From the human T2T-CHM13v2.0 reference genome, Homo sapiens, in NCBI RefSeq assembly GCF_009914755.1, contig NC_060926.1: DNA of 64,000 nucleotides. One strand, 5' to 3'. The notes beneath the pieces are model-generated. The model saw nothing but the letters and a program-made list of their open reading frames with translations. It had not been told where the DNA came from and searched no databases. A program made the position numbers and the translations under genes. Position 1 is the first letter of the stretch. Each line of letters starts with the position of its first letter. Shown piece after piece: positions 22,970-36,082 of this stretch.

Positions 22970-25931
22970 GTGAAACAGGAGTGCTTTATGGTCTGAGTGG
23001 AGTGTTTGGGAGGAGTGCCTCCCAGATCCTGCCTGTGGGCTCACCTGAGCGGGGGCACAGCTGAGGCCACTGTGGGAAACACAACCCCCACTCCCAGGAG
23101 AGGCCTCACATGCTGCCCTCGGTCTCTTGCCAGCCTTGCCTAGCACGGGGCCTGGGCCGCCCTTTAGGGTGGGTCTGCACACCGGTGTTCAGGGCTCCTG
23201 GCTGGAAGCGGAGCCATAGGCATGCTGCGGCCCTGGGTGAGCGTGGAGGGCAAGCAGGTGCTGGGGCAGTGTGCACCCCACAGCCAAGCGGCCCCTGCCC
23301 AGCCTCTGTAAACAGACCCTCATGGGTCCCTCCTGGGCCTCAGTCACATCCCTGAGAAACACTGGGGACTGGCGGCTTTGCCCCGAGAGGGCCAGGGTGT
23401 CCACCGAGCCTGGCTGAAGCCAGCTGTCCCCTCCCTTCTTGCAGAGCGGGCTCATGCCAGGCCTGGAGGCCCAGCACCTGCAGGGCCCAGCCCAGGGACC
23501 ACCAATGCCCGGCCTCTTCCAGCTCAGAAGTGCACACAGCAGCCGCCAAGCGTGGCAAAGGCAGGCAGAAGTGGCCCTGGGGTGGGGGACGTGCCTGTCA
23601 CTGCCTGGGGAGGCGTTTGCCTCTGCACACCCCCAGGGGTTGTGGGATCTCAAACCAGGCCGGCAAAGCCCAAGTGTGGAGACATTAGACGTCTCTTCCA
23701 GAAGCCTCCTCCCACTGCACCCACCCAGATCAGGCCTGCGGGAGGGACCTGGCCTCCTGGCTGACCTCTGCGCTGGGAGGACTCGTCTTACTGCCCTGCA
23801 CTGTGTGTCTGATGCCTCGCTCTCAAAGTCGGGGTCATCCATGACGAAGGACAGCATTTGTGCAGCGATGGGCCCCTCGGGGTCACTCTCGGACGAGGAG
23901 GCCTGCTCACCCTTCCCTGGCTCAATCTCAGCAGGGGGCCTGGTGCTGCTGCACTTCTCCAGACCTGTGCGAACAGAGGCACCACCTGGCCAGGGGGATG
24001 CTGCGGCCGTCATGGGAGCTGTCCCCCTCTGTGGCTTCGAAGCTGGTATGGAGGACCTTTGTGGACAAGCACAGGGTCAGTCAGGGTCCTCCGGAGGTGT
24101 CCTGAACTGCCCCACCCCAGTCTCCAGGCCGCACCCATGGGGCCACCTGCACTTACCACTTGGTCTCTGGCTCTGAGCACTGCTGGGGAGCTGGGGCAGG
24201 GCCTTTTGGGGGATCCGCCACTTCTGCTTCCTCCTCACTTGAAAGAGTGATGTCTTGACTGGGGACGGGGCCCGCGGGCGGCGGGGGACTCCCACGTGGC
24301 TGGTCTTCGAGGTCCACGTCGTCCTGGAACCCTGCCACAATCGGGTTGCCGCCCAGGGCCTCCCCATCACTGCGAAGCAGGGGGCAAAGCAGTCAGGCCA
24401 CAGGGTAGGGATGACCGGCCGGGCTCACAGGCCTTGGTTCCAGGCACCCTGGTACCCAGCACACCCTGGCCATGGGGCCACCCCGCCCCATGTAGTGGAG
24501 CGGCCCCCTCATGGCCGTCACAGGGCTTCTGAGCAGGAGGGGGTCGGGGGCACAAGGTTGGACACAGTGTTGCCCTGCAGCCAGTCAGTGGGTGAAGGAT
24601 GTGGAGCTGTGCAAGTGGGCACTCATGGAGGAGGCGGGCCCAGCTCAGGGCCACCCGGCTTTCTATCCTTTGTGTATTTCTGGAGGAAGCTGCCGCCCCA
24701 CAGCAATGGGTGAGGCTGAGGTGCTGAGGCCACTGCACGTGGAGCCTGTCCAGTGGAGTCCACGCCTGGGACCAAATGCAGGGCTTTGCTGCAGGCAAAA
24801 TTTGTGGCAGCTTGGCAGACAGAGTGGTGGGAGGGGCTGGCAGATGGCTGGGGAGGCGGCTCTAGCTCCCAGCTCTGGGACCTGCAGGAAGCCGCCCCTG
24901 TCTCTGCAGCACCTGGGACCTGGCCCTGCAGAGACCATATCTGGTGGCCTGAACCGCTCATATGACCTGGAGTGGCCTCGCCAATGGCCTCCATGTGGAA
25001 TCTGCCCACAGAAGACCCCAAGGTGCCCCTGTCCTCTCCAGGGTGTGGGCAGAGCAGGTGGCCAGGCCTTTCTGATGTCTGGAAGCCTCGTCAAAGCCCT
25101 TCCCTCATCTGCTCCAGCCACAGATCTGCTCTGTCCTCAGCCAACAGTGACCAGCCGGCAGGGGGCCCCTTCTGCGCCCCTAGGAAGCCAGCCCCACCTG
25201 CTGCTCGGGCGCCCTGGAGGCTGGGGGCAATGGGAGAGGAGGCCCAGGCGCACCCCTCCCCGTGTCGCTGTCCTGCTGGGCAGCCTTGGCCCCCACCTTC
25301 TTCTCGTCCCTGGCGGGGGTCATGTCTTCCAGGAAGCTGCGGTCCAGGCGGTCATTGGCAACGAAGTCCTCCACACTCTGGACTGTTGCTGGGGCCTCTG
25401 CGGCCGGGACTGGCTCTGTGAACAGTGACGCTGGGTCCTCTTCACTCAGCACCGGAACCCTCACTGCACCCAACCCCAAGCCAGGCCCACCCGGGATGTG
25501 CCCGTGGGACTGGGACAAGCAGGAAGAAGTGCGGAGCGCTCCGAAATCCAGGGCCCCACCTGTGAGGGCGTGGGGGGCTGGGACCAGTTTGGGAGGGGCA
25601 GCTCCAGGGCCTACCTGGAGGTGGATGGGCTGCCTCGGTGGCAGGTGACGTCCCAAACAGCCTAGAGATGATGCTACGCCATGGGGCGGGGGCTGAGGGG
25701 CACGCAGGTGGGGGCAGGGCCTCTGAGGGTGGTACAGGGGGCACAGAGGATGGTGGGGCGGCATTGAGGGGCAGCTGTGGGGCAGGCTAGGGTGTGCCGG
25801 GGCTGGAGCTCCCCGTGGACACGGCTCCTGGAGGCACCACTGGTGACTGGGAGCCTGAGGATGGGCTCTGCCCCTTGGCCGCCAGTGGGGACGCCTGGCC
25901 ACGACTGTGAGCCTCCATCATATCCAGGAAG
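22970..25931 (-). pseudogene. RABL6: RABL6 (C9orf86/RBEL1) partial unprocessed duplicate: four internal exons and the 3'UTR
   Basis: Exons: 25615-25931 (FLDMMEAHSRG..SSSPGTP*, nonsense TAG at 25787-25789); ~25262-25415 (EPVPAAE..VQSVEDFV..DRSFLED; donor lost); 24157-24369 (AGFQDDVDLEDQPRG..EPETKW); 23792-24056 (SSSESDPEGPIAAQMLSFVMDDPDFESE). The 3'UTR is ~22970-23563 with CATAAA at 22985-22990. RABL6 lies next to AJM1 at human 9q34.3. Confidence 0.92.
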
Positions 25932-26754
25932 CTGGAAGGCAGAAGGCAGGTGAGAAGCCTGGCTCCCCTGCCTCTCCCTGAGGCCCTCAGGTGACAGGGG
26001 GCTCTCTGCTGCTGCTGATGGGACTGGGAAGAGCCGCTGTGTTCTGGGCCACCCGCCCCACCGGGGCCATCATCCCCATCCACTTCCAAGGGCAGCACCT
26101 GTGTTGGCTGTGAACACAGATTTCCAGGAAGCAGAGCGTTGCAATCTCTCCCACCACAAACCTGGACCATCAGGGATGTTTCCATAGCAGCATCTATGCC
26201 AGTGAGGAATCTGGTCGTGATCTGTGATGCCCTCTCCCCCTTTTCCCTTTCTCTTAGGATGGGACAGACCAGCCTGGAGCAGCTAGTGTCCTGTAGTGAC
26301 TCCAGTTTGCTGCTCTCTGCCTTTCTTTCTTCCTCCTGCCCTCTGCCTCCTCTGCCTCCTTCACCTTCTACAACAGGAAACTCAAGTCACCTGCCTGAGC
26401 CTGACATTCTCATCTAAATCACAGAGTTCCAGTCAATGCCTCCCTTCCTCTTCCCAGGGAGTAACTTCAATCTTCCCTGCCTGCCGTGGGGAGATAGACC
26501 CTACCCCTTATTCCCTGTGGGACCATCTGCAGCCTAAGTTTCCTCACCCCTGTAATGGGACAGCAGTCCTGACTGCCCACCTGGCAGTGCTGATTCCAGG
26601 CCTGGGGCCCTCCTGGGCAAATCGCCAGTGTGGGTGACATGGTGGGTGTTTGTGTGTGTGGAGGGGTGGGGCTGCCATCTGGCCATTCACAGACTCCATC
26701 CTTCCTCTCTTCCCATGCTTGTCACATGTCAGGAATCCCTCTCCTTTGTGCCAT

Positions 26755-26900
26755 GAGACATTTTCAGATCCATCATCTTATTGAGCCTCACATTTCCTTG
26801 GTGAAGTTGGAGTTATTGTCACTATTTTACTGATGAGTAAACTGAGGCTCAGAAAGGGGAAAGTCATTGCCCAGGGTTCCACTGTGGATTTATAGCAGAG
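26755..26900 (+). mobile_element. MIR
   Basis: Core motif ATTTTACTGATGAGTAAACTGAGGCTCAGAAAGG..TTGCCCAGGG. Confidence 0.75.
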
Positions 26901-28339
26901 CGGGGATAAGGATGCGTGTTCTGTATACCCACTAGGGTGCTGGCCCATCTGCAGCCAAGGCCTGTCTTCCTGATTCCACGAGGACCCCTTCCCATTCCTT
27001 TCCTTCCCATGACAGCCACTGTCACCACCACCCAGGGTCTGTGCTCACTGTCACTGGAACCCACCATGTCCATCAGATTGATTTACATAAATGGTGGTTG
27101 GGCTCCAAATCCACTCTCCCCAGACTGACACAAATTGCACCCCAGAACCAGACTGATGAAGCAACCATCACTCGGAACATTGCTGGACACCGAGGCTGAA
27201 GGAAATCACAAGCAGGGACTCACATGCAGGTTTCTAAGCACAGCCCCAAACCCAGAAGTCATCAATGGCTGATAAATTTGACTCCATGAAAATTAAAACT
27301 TTCTATAAAAAAACCCACAAAGTCAAAGATCTGTCAACAAACTCAAAAAAGTTCTGCAACATACATAAGAGATGACAGGCTAATGCTCGCACTGTATGTT
27401 AAAACCTACTGCAAATCACCCAACAGAAAGCCCACAGCCAGACTGGAAAAATGAAGAGACAGTTCAAAGACAAACAAATGCAGATAATTTCTTAATGTAA
27501 GACAAGATTAAAATGTTTGTCAACTTTGTGTGTGGCCCTGGGTGTGGCCATGAATGGGTAGTCACTAGAGGTATTCAGATATTCCCTTTTTTCTCCTCTT
27601 GGCACTTGTTGCAACTGCGTCTTCCCACCTGTGAAATTATGTACAGTCCTGCATCTTGCTTTGGAGGAGAAAGTGTGAGCAGAAGTGGGGGAAGCCGCCT
27701 GTGAGTCCTGGTTGCTTCATCACTCTGGTTCTGGGGTAAGGACAATCATGTAGTGAAACGAAGTCTTCAGGGGACATGTTGTGTTTGAGAGAAATAAACC
27801 TCTGTCATGTTGAGTTTTGGGGTGTGTATGTGGTAGAAGCAGAACCTAGCCTATTCTGACAGATTCCTCCACCATTGCTGGTGGGTGGACAGCATTAACA
27901 TAAAGCATTTGTGTGCTTTTTATCTCAAAATTCCACTTTTAGGAATTTATGAAACAGACACACTCACATTTGCAGAGAGCATGGATAAAGAGAGTCATTG
28001 CAACTTTGATTGCAATAGGAAAGGACAGAGAACAGCCTACAAACCAATCAATAGGAAATTAGTTAAGAACATTGTGGAACATCTATAGAATGAAATGATC
28101 TGAACCCAGAAAAATAACAGAGTAGACGTTTGTGCACCGATGTGGTGTTTATCCCAAGATTAGGGCTGGGTTAGGATGTTAGAGATCCCAGGAGCTAAAA
28201 AGATTAAGGTACCCTTTTAAATTATATATAATTTAAAAAAACATAGGTACTTCATTAATTTTTAAAAATGGGTTTAAAAGTCCATTTAAAATATTTTTAT
28301 TAAAGTAGATTATCTCTGAAAAGATATGCAATAAATGGA

Positions 28340-28808
28340 TATATTGGAATTCTAAGGCTGCTGTAACAAATTACTACACATGTGATGGTTTCAAATGAGA
28401 AAAATTGATTCTCTTGCCATTCTGGAAGCAGGACTTCTGAAATCTAGGGTCCGCAGGTTGTACTCTTGCCATGGCTCTAGAGGAGAAACCTTCCTTTCCT
28501 TTTCCAGCTTCTGTTGGCTCCTGGCACTCCTTAGCTTGTGTCAGCACAACTGCAATCTGTGCTTCCATCATTATGTGGCTTTCTTCCCTAGGTCTCTCAG
28601 TGTCTTAAATCGCTCTCTTTCTTAAACCTTTCTCTTAAAATACCAGTCATTGGATGCAGGGCCCTCCCTAAACCCAGCATAATCTCATCATGAGATCCTT
28701 AGGTTAATTACATCTATAAAGGTCTGATTTCCAAATAAGGAAGCATTCACAGGTACCAGGGGTTAGGATTGAACACATGTATTTGGGGGACACATTCAAC
28801 CCACTATC
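28340..28808. mobile_element. MLT1-type MaLR LTR
   Basis: GGCTGCTGTAACAAATTAC...TTCCAAATAAGG..CATTCACAGGTACCAGGGGTTAGGA...GGGGGACACATTCAACCCACTA. Confidence 0.82.
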
Positions 28809-28917
28809 ATGGATAACAGCGGTTTCCACTGGGAAGGTGGCGGTTCGGGAGTGGAAGAAAGATGAATTTTTCACTGTGTATTCTTTTGAACAACTCATGT
28901 TTTAAAAGACATTTTCC

Positions 28918-29820
28918 TTATTTGCAAACTATGCACCCAACAAAGGTCTAATATTCAGAATGTATAAGAAACTTAAATAATACTATAAGCAAAAAACAAC
29001 CCCATTAAAAAGTGGGCAAAACACATGAACAGACCCTTCTCAAAAGAAAGAAATACAAGTGGCCAAGAAGCATATGAAAAAATACTCAACATCACTAACC
29101 AGAGAAATGCAAATAAAAAGCACAATGAGATACCATCTCACACCAGTCAGCAAAGCTATTACTAAAAAGTCAAAAAGCAACAGATGCTGGCAAGGCTGCA
29201 GAGAAAAGGGAACACTTATGCACTGTTGATGGGAATGTAAATTAGTTCAGCCACTCTGCGAAGCAATCTGGAGATTTCTCAAAGGACTTAGAACAGATCT
29301 ACAACTTCACCCAGCTCTCCCATTACTGGGATTTGTCCATCAAAAAGACACATGCACTCATATATTTATTGCAGCACTATTCACAATAGCAAAGATGTGG
29401 AATCAACTTATGTGCCCATCATTGGTAGACTGGATAAAGAAAATATGGTACATATACACCATGGACTACTACACAGCCATAAATATGGAAATCATGCCCT
29501 TTCCATGGATACAGCTGGAGGCCATTATCCTAAGTGAATTAATGCAGGATCAGAAAATCAAATACCACATGTTTTCAGGTATAAATGGGAGCTAAACACT
29601 GGCTACACGTGGATATAAAGAAGGGACCAATAGACACTGGGAACTACTTGATGGGGGAGGAAGAGAAGGAGGCAGGGGTGGAAAAACTGCCTATTGGGTA
29701 CTATGCTCACTACCTTGGTGACAGGATCAATCATACCCGAAACCTCAGCGTCACACAATATACCAAGGTAACAAACCAGCACATGTATCCCCTAAATCTA
29801 AAATAAAAGTTCAAATTATT
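28918..29820 (+). mobile_element. L1PA/L1PB 3' fragment
   Basis: ORF2 C-terminal DWIKKIWYIYTMDYY..LEAIILSEL, then a 3'UTR ending AAAATAAAAGTT. Confidence 0.9.
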
Positions 29821-29886
29821 AAAACAATTTAAAATAATACATACATTTTTTTCCTGTAAACATGTTTTTAATCAAACACACACAAA

Positions 29887-30137
29887 CCTGCCTCAGCTTC
29901 CCAAGCAGCTGGGATTACAGGGGCGCACCACCAATCCCGGCTAATTTTTGTATTTTTAGTAGAGATGGGGTTTCGCCATGTTACCCAGGCTGGTCTCGAA
30001 CTCCTGACCTCAGATGATCTGCCCGCCTCAGCCTCCCGAAATGCTGGGATTACTGGTGTGAGCCACCATGCCTGGCCTTATTTTCCCTTTTATATTATAT
30101 TTTTACTGTACCTTTTCTATGTTTAGATACACAAGTA
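29887..30137 (+). repeat. 251-bp paralogous copy of 13354-13604 (partial Alu plus Tigger3 flank)
   Basis: Colinear with about 9 mismatches by eye, including the non-Alu flank. Confidence 0.92.
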
Positions 30138-30229
30138 AAGCAAAAACCCGCGGCGGTGGGGGCAAAAAGCCGCGGCGGCGGGAGCAAAAAGCCGCAAAAA
30201 GCCGCGGGGGCGAGGGCAAAAAGCCGTGG
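30138..30229 (+). repeat. GC-rich CAAAAAG(CCGCGG) pericentromeric repeat remnant
   Basis: Five GCAAAAA(G/C)CCG units separated by GCGG-rich spacers. Confidence 0.8.
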
Positions 30230-31596
30230 CTAGGAAAATTTGATATCCATACGTCAAAGAATGACACTAGACCTCTAACTTTCACCATGTATGAAAATCA
30301 ACTCAAAATATGTTAAATATTTAAATGTAAAACCTGAAACTATTAAACTACAGGAAAACTGGGGAAATGCTTCAGGACATTGGGCTGAGGAAAGATTTTA
30401 AAAATAATACCTCAAAAGCACAGGTTGCAAAATCAAAAATAGACAAGATTAAATCAAACTAAAAAGATTTCACACAGCAAAGGAAACTATTAACAGAGTG
30501 AATACACAAACTACAGAATTGGATAATATATTTGTAAACCACATCTGACAAGTGATTAATATCCAGACTATATAAGGAATTGACTCAACGGAAAAAAATA
30601 AACCAATTAAAAATAAGCAATAGATTTTAATAGCCATTATCAAATGAACCTGGCTATTATAAATAGCCAGCAGGTATATTTAATAATGTTCAATATCTCT
30701 AGTCATCAGAGAAATGCAAATCAAAACCACAATGAGTTACCACCTTATTCTCTTTAGAATGGCTATTACCAAAAAGACAAAATAAAACAAGTGTTGGTAA
30801 GAATAAGGAGAAAAGGGAATATTTACATACTACTGGTGGGATTCTAAACCAGCACAACCATTTTGGAAATATGAAGGTTCCTCAAAAAATTAAAAGCAAT
30901 TCTACCATGGGTGTATATCTAGAGGAAGTAAAATAAGTATGTTGAATAGATATCTGCAGTCACATGTTTATTGCAGCACAATTTAGAATAGCAAAGCTAA
31001 AAATCAACCTAAGTGACCAACAATTAATGAATTCATAAAAAATAAATGTATTGTGTGTATACACACACAAAAACACAGTCAAACACACGCACATATAATG
31101 GAATATTATTCAGTTATAAAAAAGAAGGAAATCCTGTCATTTGTGACAAATAGATGAACTTGGAACTTGGAGAAATGTCTGTTAAATGAAATAAGCCAGG
31201 AACAGAAAGACAAATCCTGCATGATTTCACGCAGGTGGAATCTAAATATATATCATAGAAGTAGAGAGTAGAACAGTGATTACCAGATACTGGAGAGGGG
31301 AGTGGAGATGTAAGGATGGGGAGACGTTGGTCAGTGGGTACAGAGTTACAATTAGATAGAAGGAATAATTTCTCATAATCTTTTGCACAGTAGGGTAACT
31401 ATGGTTAACAGTAAAATATTGTTTATTACAAAATAGTTAGAAGAGGGGTTTTTAAATGTTTTTACCACAAAGAAATGATGCATGCGTGAGGTGATGGATA
31501 CAGTAACTACTCTAATTAGATTATTATACAACATAGATATGCGTCAAAATTTAAAACTGTACTTCATACATAAGTGCATATACAATGTGTCAATTA

Positions 31597-31597
<1 letters not shown>
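30230..31597 (+). mobile_element. L1MA-type 3' fragment
   Basis: CATCAGAGAAATGCAAATCAAAACCACAATGAG and an L1MA-like 3'UTR. Confidence 0.85.
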
Positions 31598-31810
<213 letters not shown>

Positions 31811-31849
31811 TTAAAATTTGCTCTCAGGCTGAAAAAAAAGAGAAATTCA

Positions 31850-32302
31850 CATCTAGAATATGTACCAAACTTTGAAATTAGTAAGACAAAGACATCAATA
31901 TAAAAAAATTGTCAAAAAGAATTTATCGGAAACCTCACAAAAAAAGAATATTCAGTTGGCTAATCAACATATGAAAGTACGTTCTACTCTGTGAGATATC
32001 CTGAGAATACAAATTTAAACCACAATTAGATGTCTCCGCGCTTTTGCTAGAATGACTAACTCATTTTTCAAAAGATAAATAATAACAAAACTGATGACGA
32101 TCTGGAGCAACTTGAACTCTCATACAATGTTGACGGGAATGTAAATTGATATTATTACATTGGAAAATTCTTTGGTAATATATGTTTATCAATAGATGCA
32201 TATACTCTGCCCTAGCAGTTCTACTCTTAGATTCTCTATATACCTAAGGGAAATGAATTACATATTTACCAATACACACATTTACATATATATATATATA
32301 CA

Positions 32303-32344
<42 letters not shown>

Positions 32345-32575
32345 AATGTTAACAGAATACTATTTGTAATAGCCACAAACTGGAATCAACCTAGTAGAAG
32401 TAAAATGTACTGATGATATAATATCATAGATTATTAAGAATCATATCACAGATTATTAATAAATCATGTAAATCCAGTAAAAAAAAGGAAGGTCTACTGA
32501 TACATACAACACTTTGGACAAAAACATTATGCTAAGTGAGAGAAGCCAGACACAAAAGTCATGTATTATATCAAG
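31850..32575 (+). mobile_element. Ancient L1M fragment with an embedded (TA)n(CA)n microsatellite
   Basis: TGGAGCAACTTGAACTCTCATAC, AAACATTATGCTAAGTGAGAGAAGCCAGACACAAAAG. The CA repeat is at ~32297-32341. Confidence 0.75.
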
Positions 32576-35500
32576 CTTGTGCAAACCATAGCACATAGGC
32601 CACATGTGGCCCAGGTGATTTACATGGAATCCATTTTTCTTCATCGCATCTCAATAAATTCATCTTATCAACTGTCTTAAATATACAACACTAAACTAAA
32701 TCTACAAAAGTTAAATAATGTACCACAAATTACACAATTAGGACTGATTCATAAGTGTGAAACCTGTGTGGTCTCATGGGGCTTCATGCTGAAAAGGGCT
32801 CCACAAATGGTTACTGCTTTGCTGTTGTCATCTTGAAATTTTTAACAATATTTCAACAAGGGGCATTGCATGGTCATTTTGCACCGTGTCTCACAAATTA
32901 CGCAGCCAGTTTCATTTACCATAAACAGGTGAACTCAGGTTCAAATTCATACATATGGTTTTAAAACAAAACAAAACAAAAGCATCTATGCCCTTGCCAG
33001 AACAAACATAAGAATTTTGATATAAACTGAATGTAATCCGCCTTTGACTTTGGCGTTGAAAGTTTTAACTCTACTAAATGTAGGTAATTTTGATATCCTG
33101 TTGAGACATTTTTATCTATTTTTACACTGAATCTTGAGAAAAGCCATTGTCATAGATAGAAATTTAAAAGTTAAACAACATAGATTTTTGCCTTGAGACA
33201 AAATACTGATTTTTTTCTCTTAAGTTATTTTGATAATATCACATAATGAAAGCACTTTTTCATTGAGAATATTATGATGTGTTTTATTTTTTATTTGAGA
33301 GTCACTGTAATAAAAATATGTCATAAAATTACAATTTGAGGTGCTACTCAGACACAAAATTAAAGAGGGTTTATACTGAATCTTTAAAGACTCCTCAAAT
33401 CTTACTTGATAAGTTCATTTTTAACAATGCTTCCTGGAGATCCACGACTTACTTTAGAAAGTTTGACTTGGATCATGATCTTTTGACCAAATGTGATGTG
33501 GTAATATTATATAAAATAAAATTCTAACTTGCAACTTACTGCAATTTTTTTCCCACGTCTGTGATGACTTGCCTTATTACAGTTTCTCCATATTATCAAC
33601 TTATTGATATACTTTAGATAGTGGAATTGATTTTCAGCAGCCAATCTTTTCCCTCTTACATTATTTATTATTTCACAAATTCAGTTGTGATGAGAGAAAA
33701 TCGTTTCACTTGACTTGTACAAAGACTAACGTCATTTTCAGGACATTGTACAGTATAATTTTGCTATTTATTCAGATGACTAAAATATTGAGCATGAAGA
33801 TGACTCATAATGAAAATGATGAATAAATAAAATCCCTATTTGATGGTACACAATACTGAAACTCTGGGTACATCTCATTATGAGAAATGAAATCTACCAA
33901 TAGTCCAGACTAAAAATTTGATTAATTTCCAAGGTAAGAAATATACAATTAATTCCTGCTAACACTAACACAGAAAAAGTGAATAAAGATTATCAAACAC
34001 TTCTTTAATAAAAGAAGCATTTCTGTAGTTAAGGTGATTAAGAAGAAATGAGGTAAATGAGAACAAACTTTATGAATCAGGAGAAAAATAATCATTTGTA
34101 AAAAAAAATCCTCAAATGCAGTCATCTTATGCTAAACTCTGCTCATATTTTTTTCAATAAACAGGCAATATTATATGCAAATTATTATGTAGTTAACATT
34201 TTTGGAAATTTAATTATAATGAAAAGAGTGGGGTTTTTTCGAAAGACATAAATTGAGTCTTTATTCAGATACCAACTACATGATTGTAGGCATGACATAT
34301 GTTCTAGATCATGGATTTTCATCTGTAAATTGGGGAAGCTAATTTCTTTTTAAGATTATGTCCCAGTACATTATTGCATATTGTATATACTTTGCATTAT
34401 TGCCTAATTCCTTGTGCCTGAGTTTATTGTATAAATTACTGAGGGCCAAAATGAAGTTGTAAACCAACGTTGAAAAAAGAAGCACACTAAAATCAAATAG
34501 TAAGCTGAAAAATAACTAGTTTAAATTTCATCCAGATGTATCTGCTCATACGTCATTCAAAATCTTCAGCCAATTATTATTTACATTTAAAAAATGCAAA
34601 TGATATCTGCTAGTACATTGGGAGTTTTACTATTACAACATTTAATAATCTTCTGTGAAGGTAAGACAAAATTGGAATGTAAAATAAGAATATTAAGACT
34701 TGTTTCACGCAAAAATCTATAGTAGTGACACTTTTGATCTTACCAAATCATATGTTTTGGTCCCATTGAGGACTATCACAGATTTGAAATGAGTTAGAAG
34801 CATCCCTGATCAATGAATTATTTACTGTGCACTTAAATATAGTAGCTACCATGGAGAAATGTACCAGAACTTATGGGATTTTTGTTATTCTTTGGTGTCT
34901 TCACTTGGGTGCCATCAAAAGTAGAGGCTGAGATAAGGTCTTAGGTGTGGGCTGGTTACTTATGAGGAAAACACAGAAAGTTAGAAAATGGAAATAGGGA
35001 AAATGTGATGGAGGGAAATCCAGTATAATGTTGCAATATATTGCATTTTCAAGGTGTCTGCTCTACAGTACATGGACTCAATTCAAAAAATATGTTTCTC
35101 TTGAGAAACATAAACAGACGTTTACGTAAAAGATAGGAGACCAGATTATTTAGTTAGGGCCCACAAGGTCCTGTGTCTCAAATTATTGAGATTGATTATA
35201 ACAGAAATGATATTTCCATCTTGGTTCTTTTATATTACCTAAGAATATATCCTGGAGGTTACTGCATATTTGTATCAAGAAATTCTGCCTCATTTGTTTT
35301 TATATTCCTCCATGTATATGTAGCAGAGAATATTTAACAAGTCCACTGCTGATGGACCTTTGAATTATTTCCAACATCTTATGTTTACAAATGAAATCAT
35401 GATAAATAGTCTTGATCATATGTCACTGTGAATTATTAACAGGTTGTATATGGGATATATTTCATGGTAATGTCAGGTAAAGGCATAAATGTATATGCAG

Positions 35501-35794
35501 TTTTTCAAGATGATGTCATAGTCCCCTTCACAAAGATTTTGTTATTTTGTATTCTCACCAACCATGTGCAAAAATGTCTATTTCGGTATAATTTTACCCA
35601 CAGGGTATGTTGTTAAACTTTTGAGGGTTTTTATTCTATTTTTATAGATGAGAAATGGCATCACAATGTTGTTTAAATTTGTATTTTATTCATTATTATT
35701 GAAGAAGGAAAATATTTATAATGTATATTGGGATTTTCCATATGGAATGCTTATATATTGTGCCTGCTTTAAGATGGTTTTTGGTCCTTTATTT

Positions 35795-36082
35795 TTATTT
35801 TTTAACTTTTATTTTAAGTTCAGGGGTACATATGCAGATTTATTATATAGGTAAACTCATGTTATGGGAGTTTGTTGTACAGATTATTTTGTCATACAGG
35901 TATTTAGCTTTGTACCCATTAGTTGTTTTTCCTGATCCTCTCCCTCATCCAACCCTCCACCCTCTGATAAGCTCCAGTGTTTGTTGTTCCCCTCTATATG
36001 TCCATGTGTTCTCATAATTTAGCTCCCAGTTATAATTGAGAACTTGTGATATTTTGTTTTCTGTTCTTGCATTAGTTTGCTG
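35795..36082 (-). mobile_element. L1PA/L1PB 3' end, 5'-truncated
   Basis: TTTTATTTTAAGTTCAGGGGTACATATGCAG...CATTAGTTTGCTGA. Confidence 0.85.
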
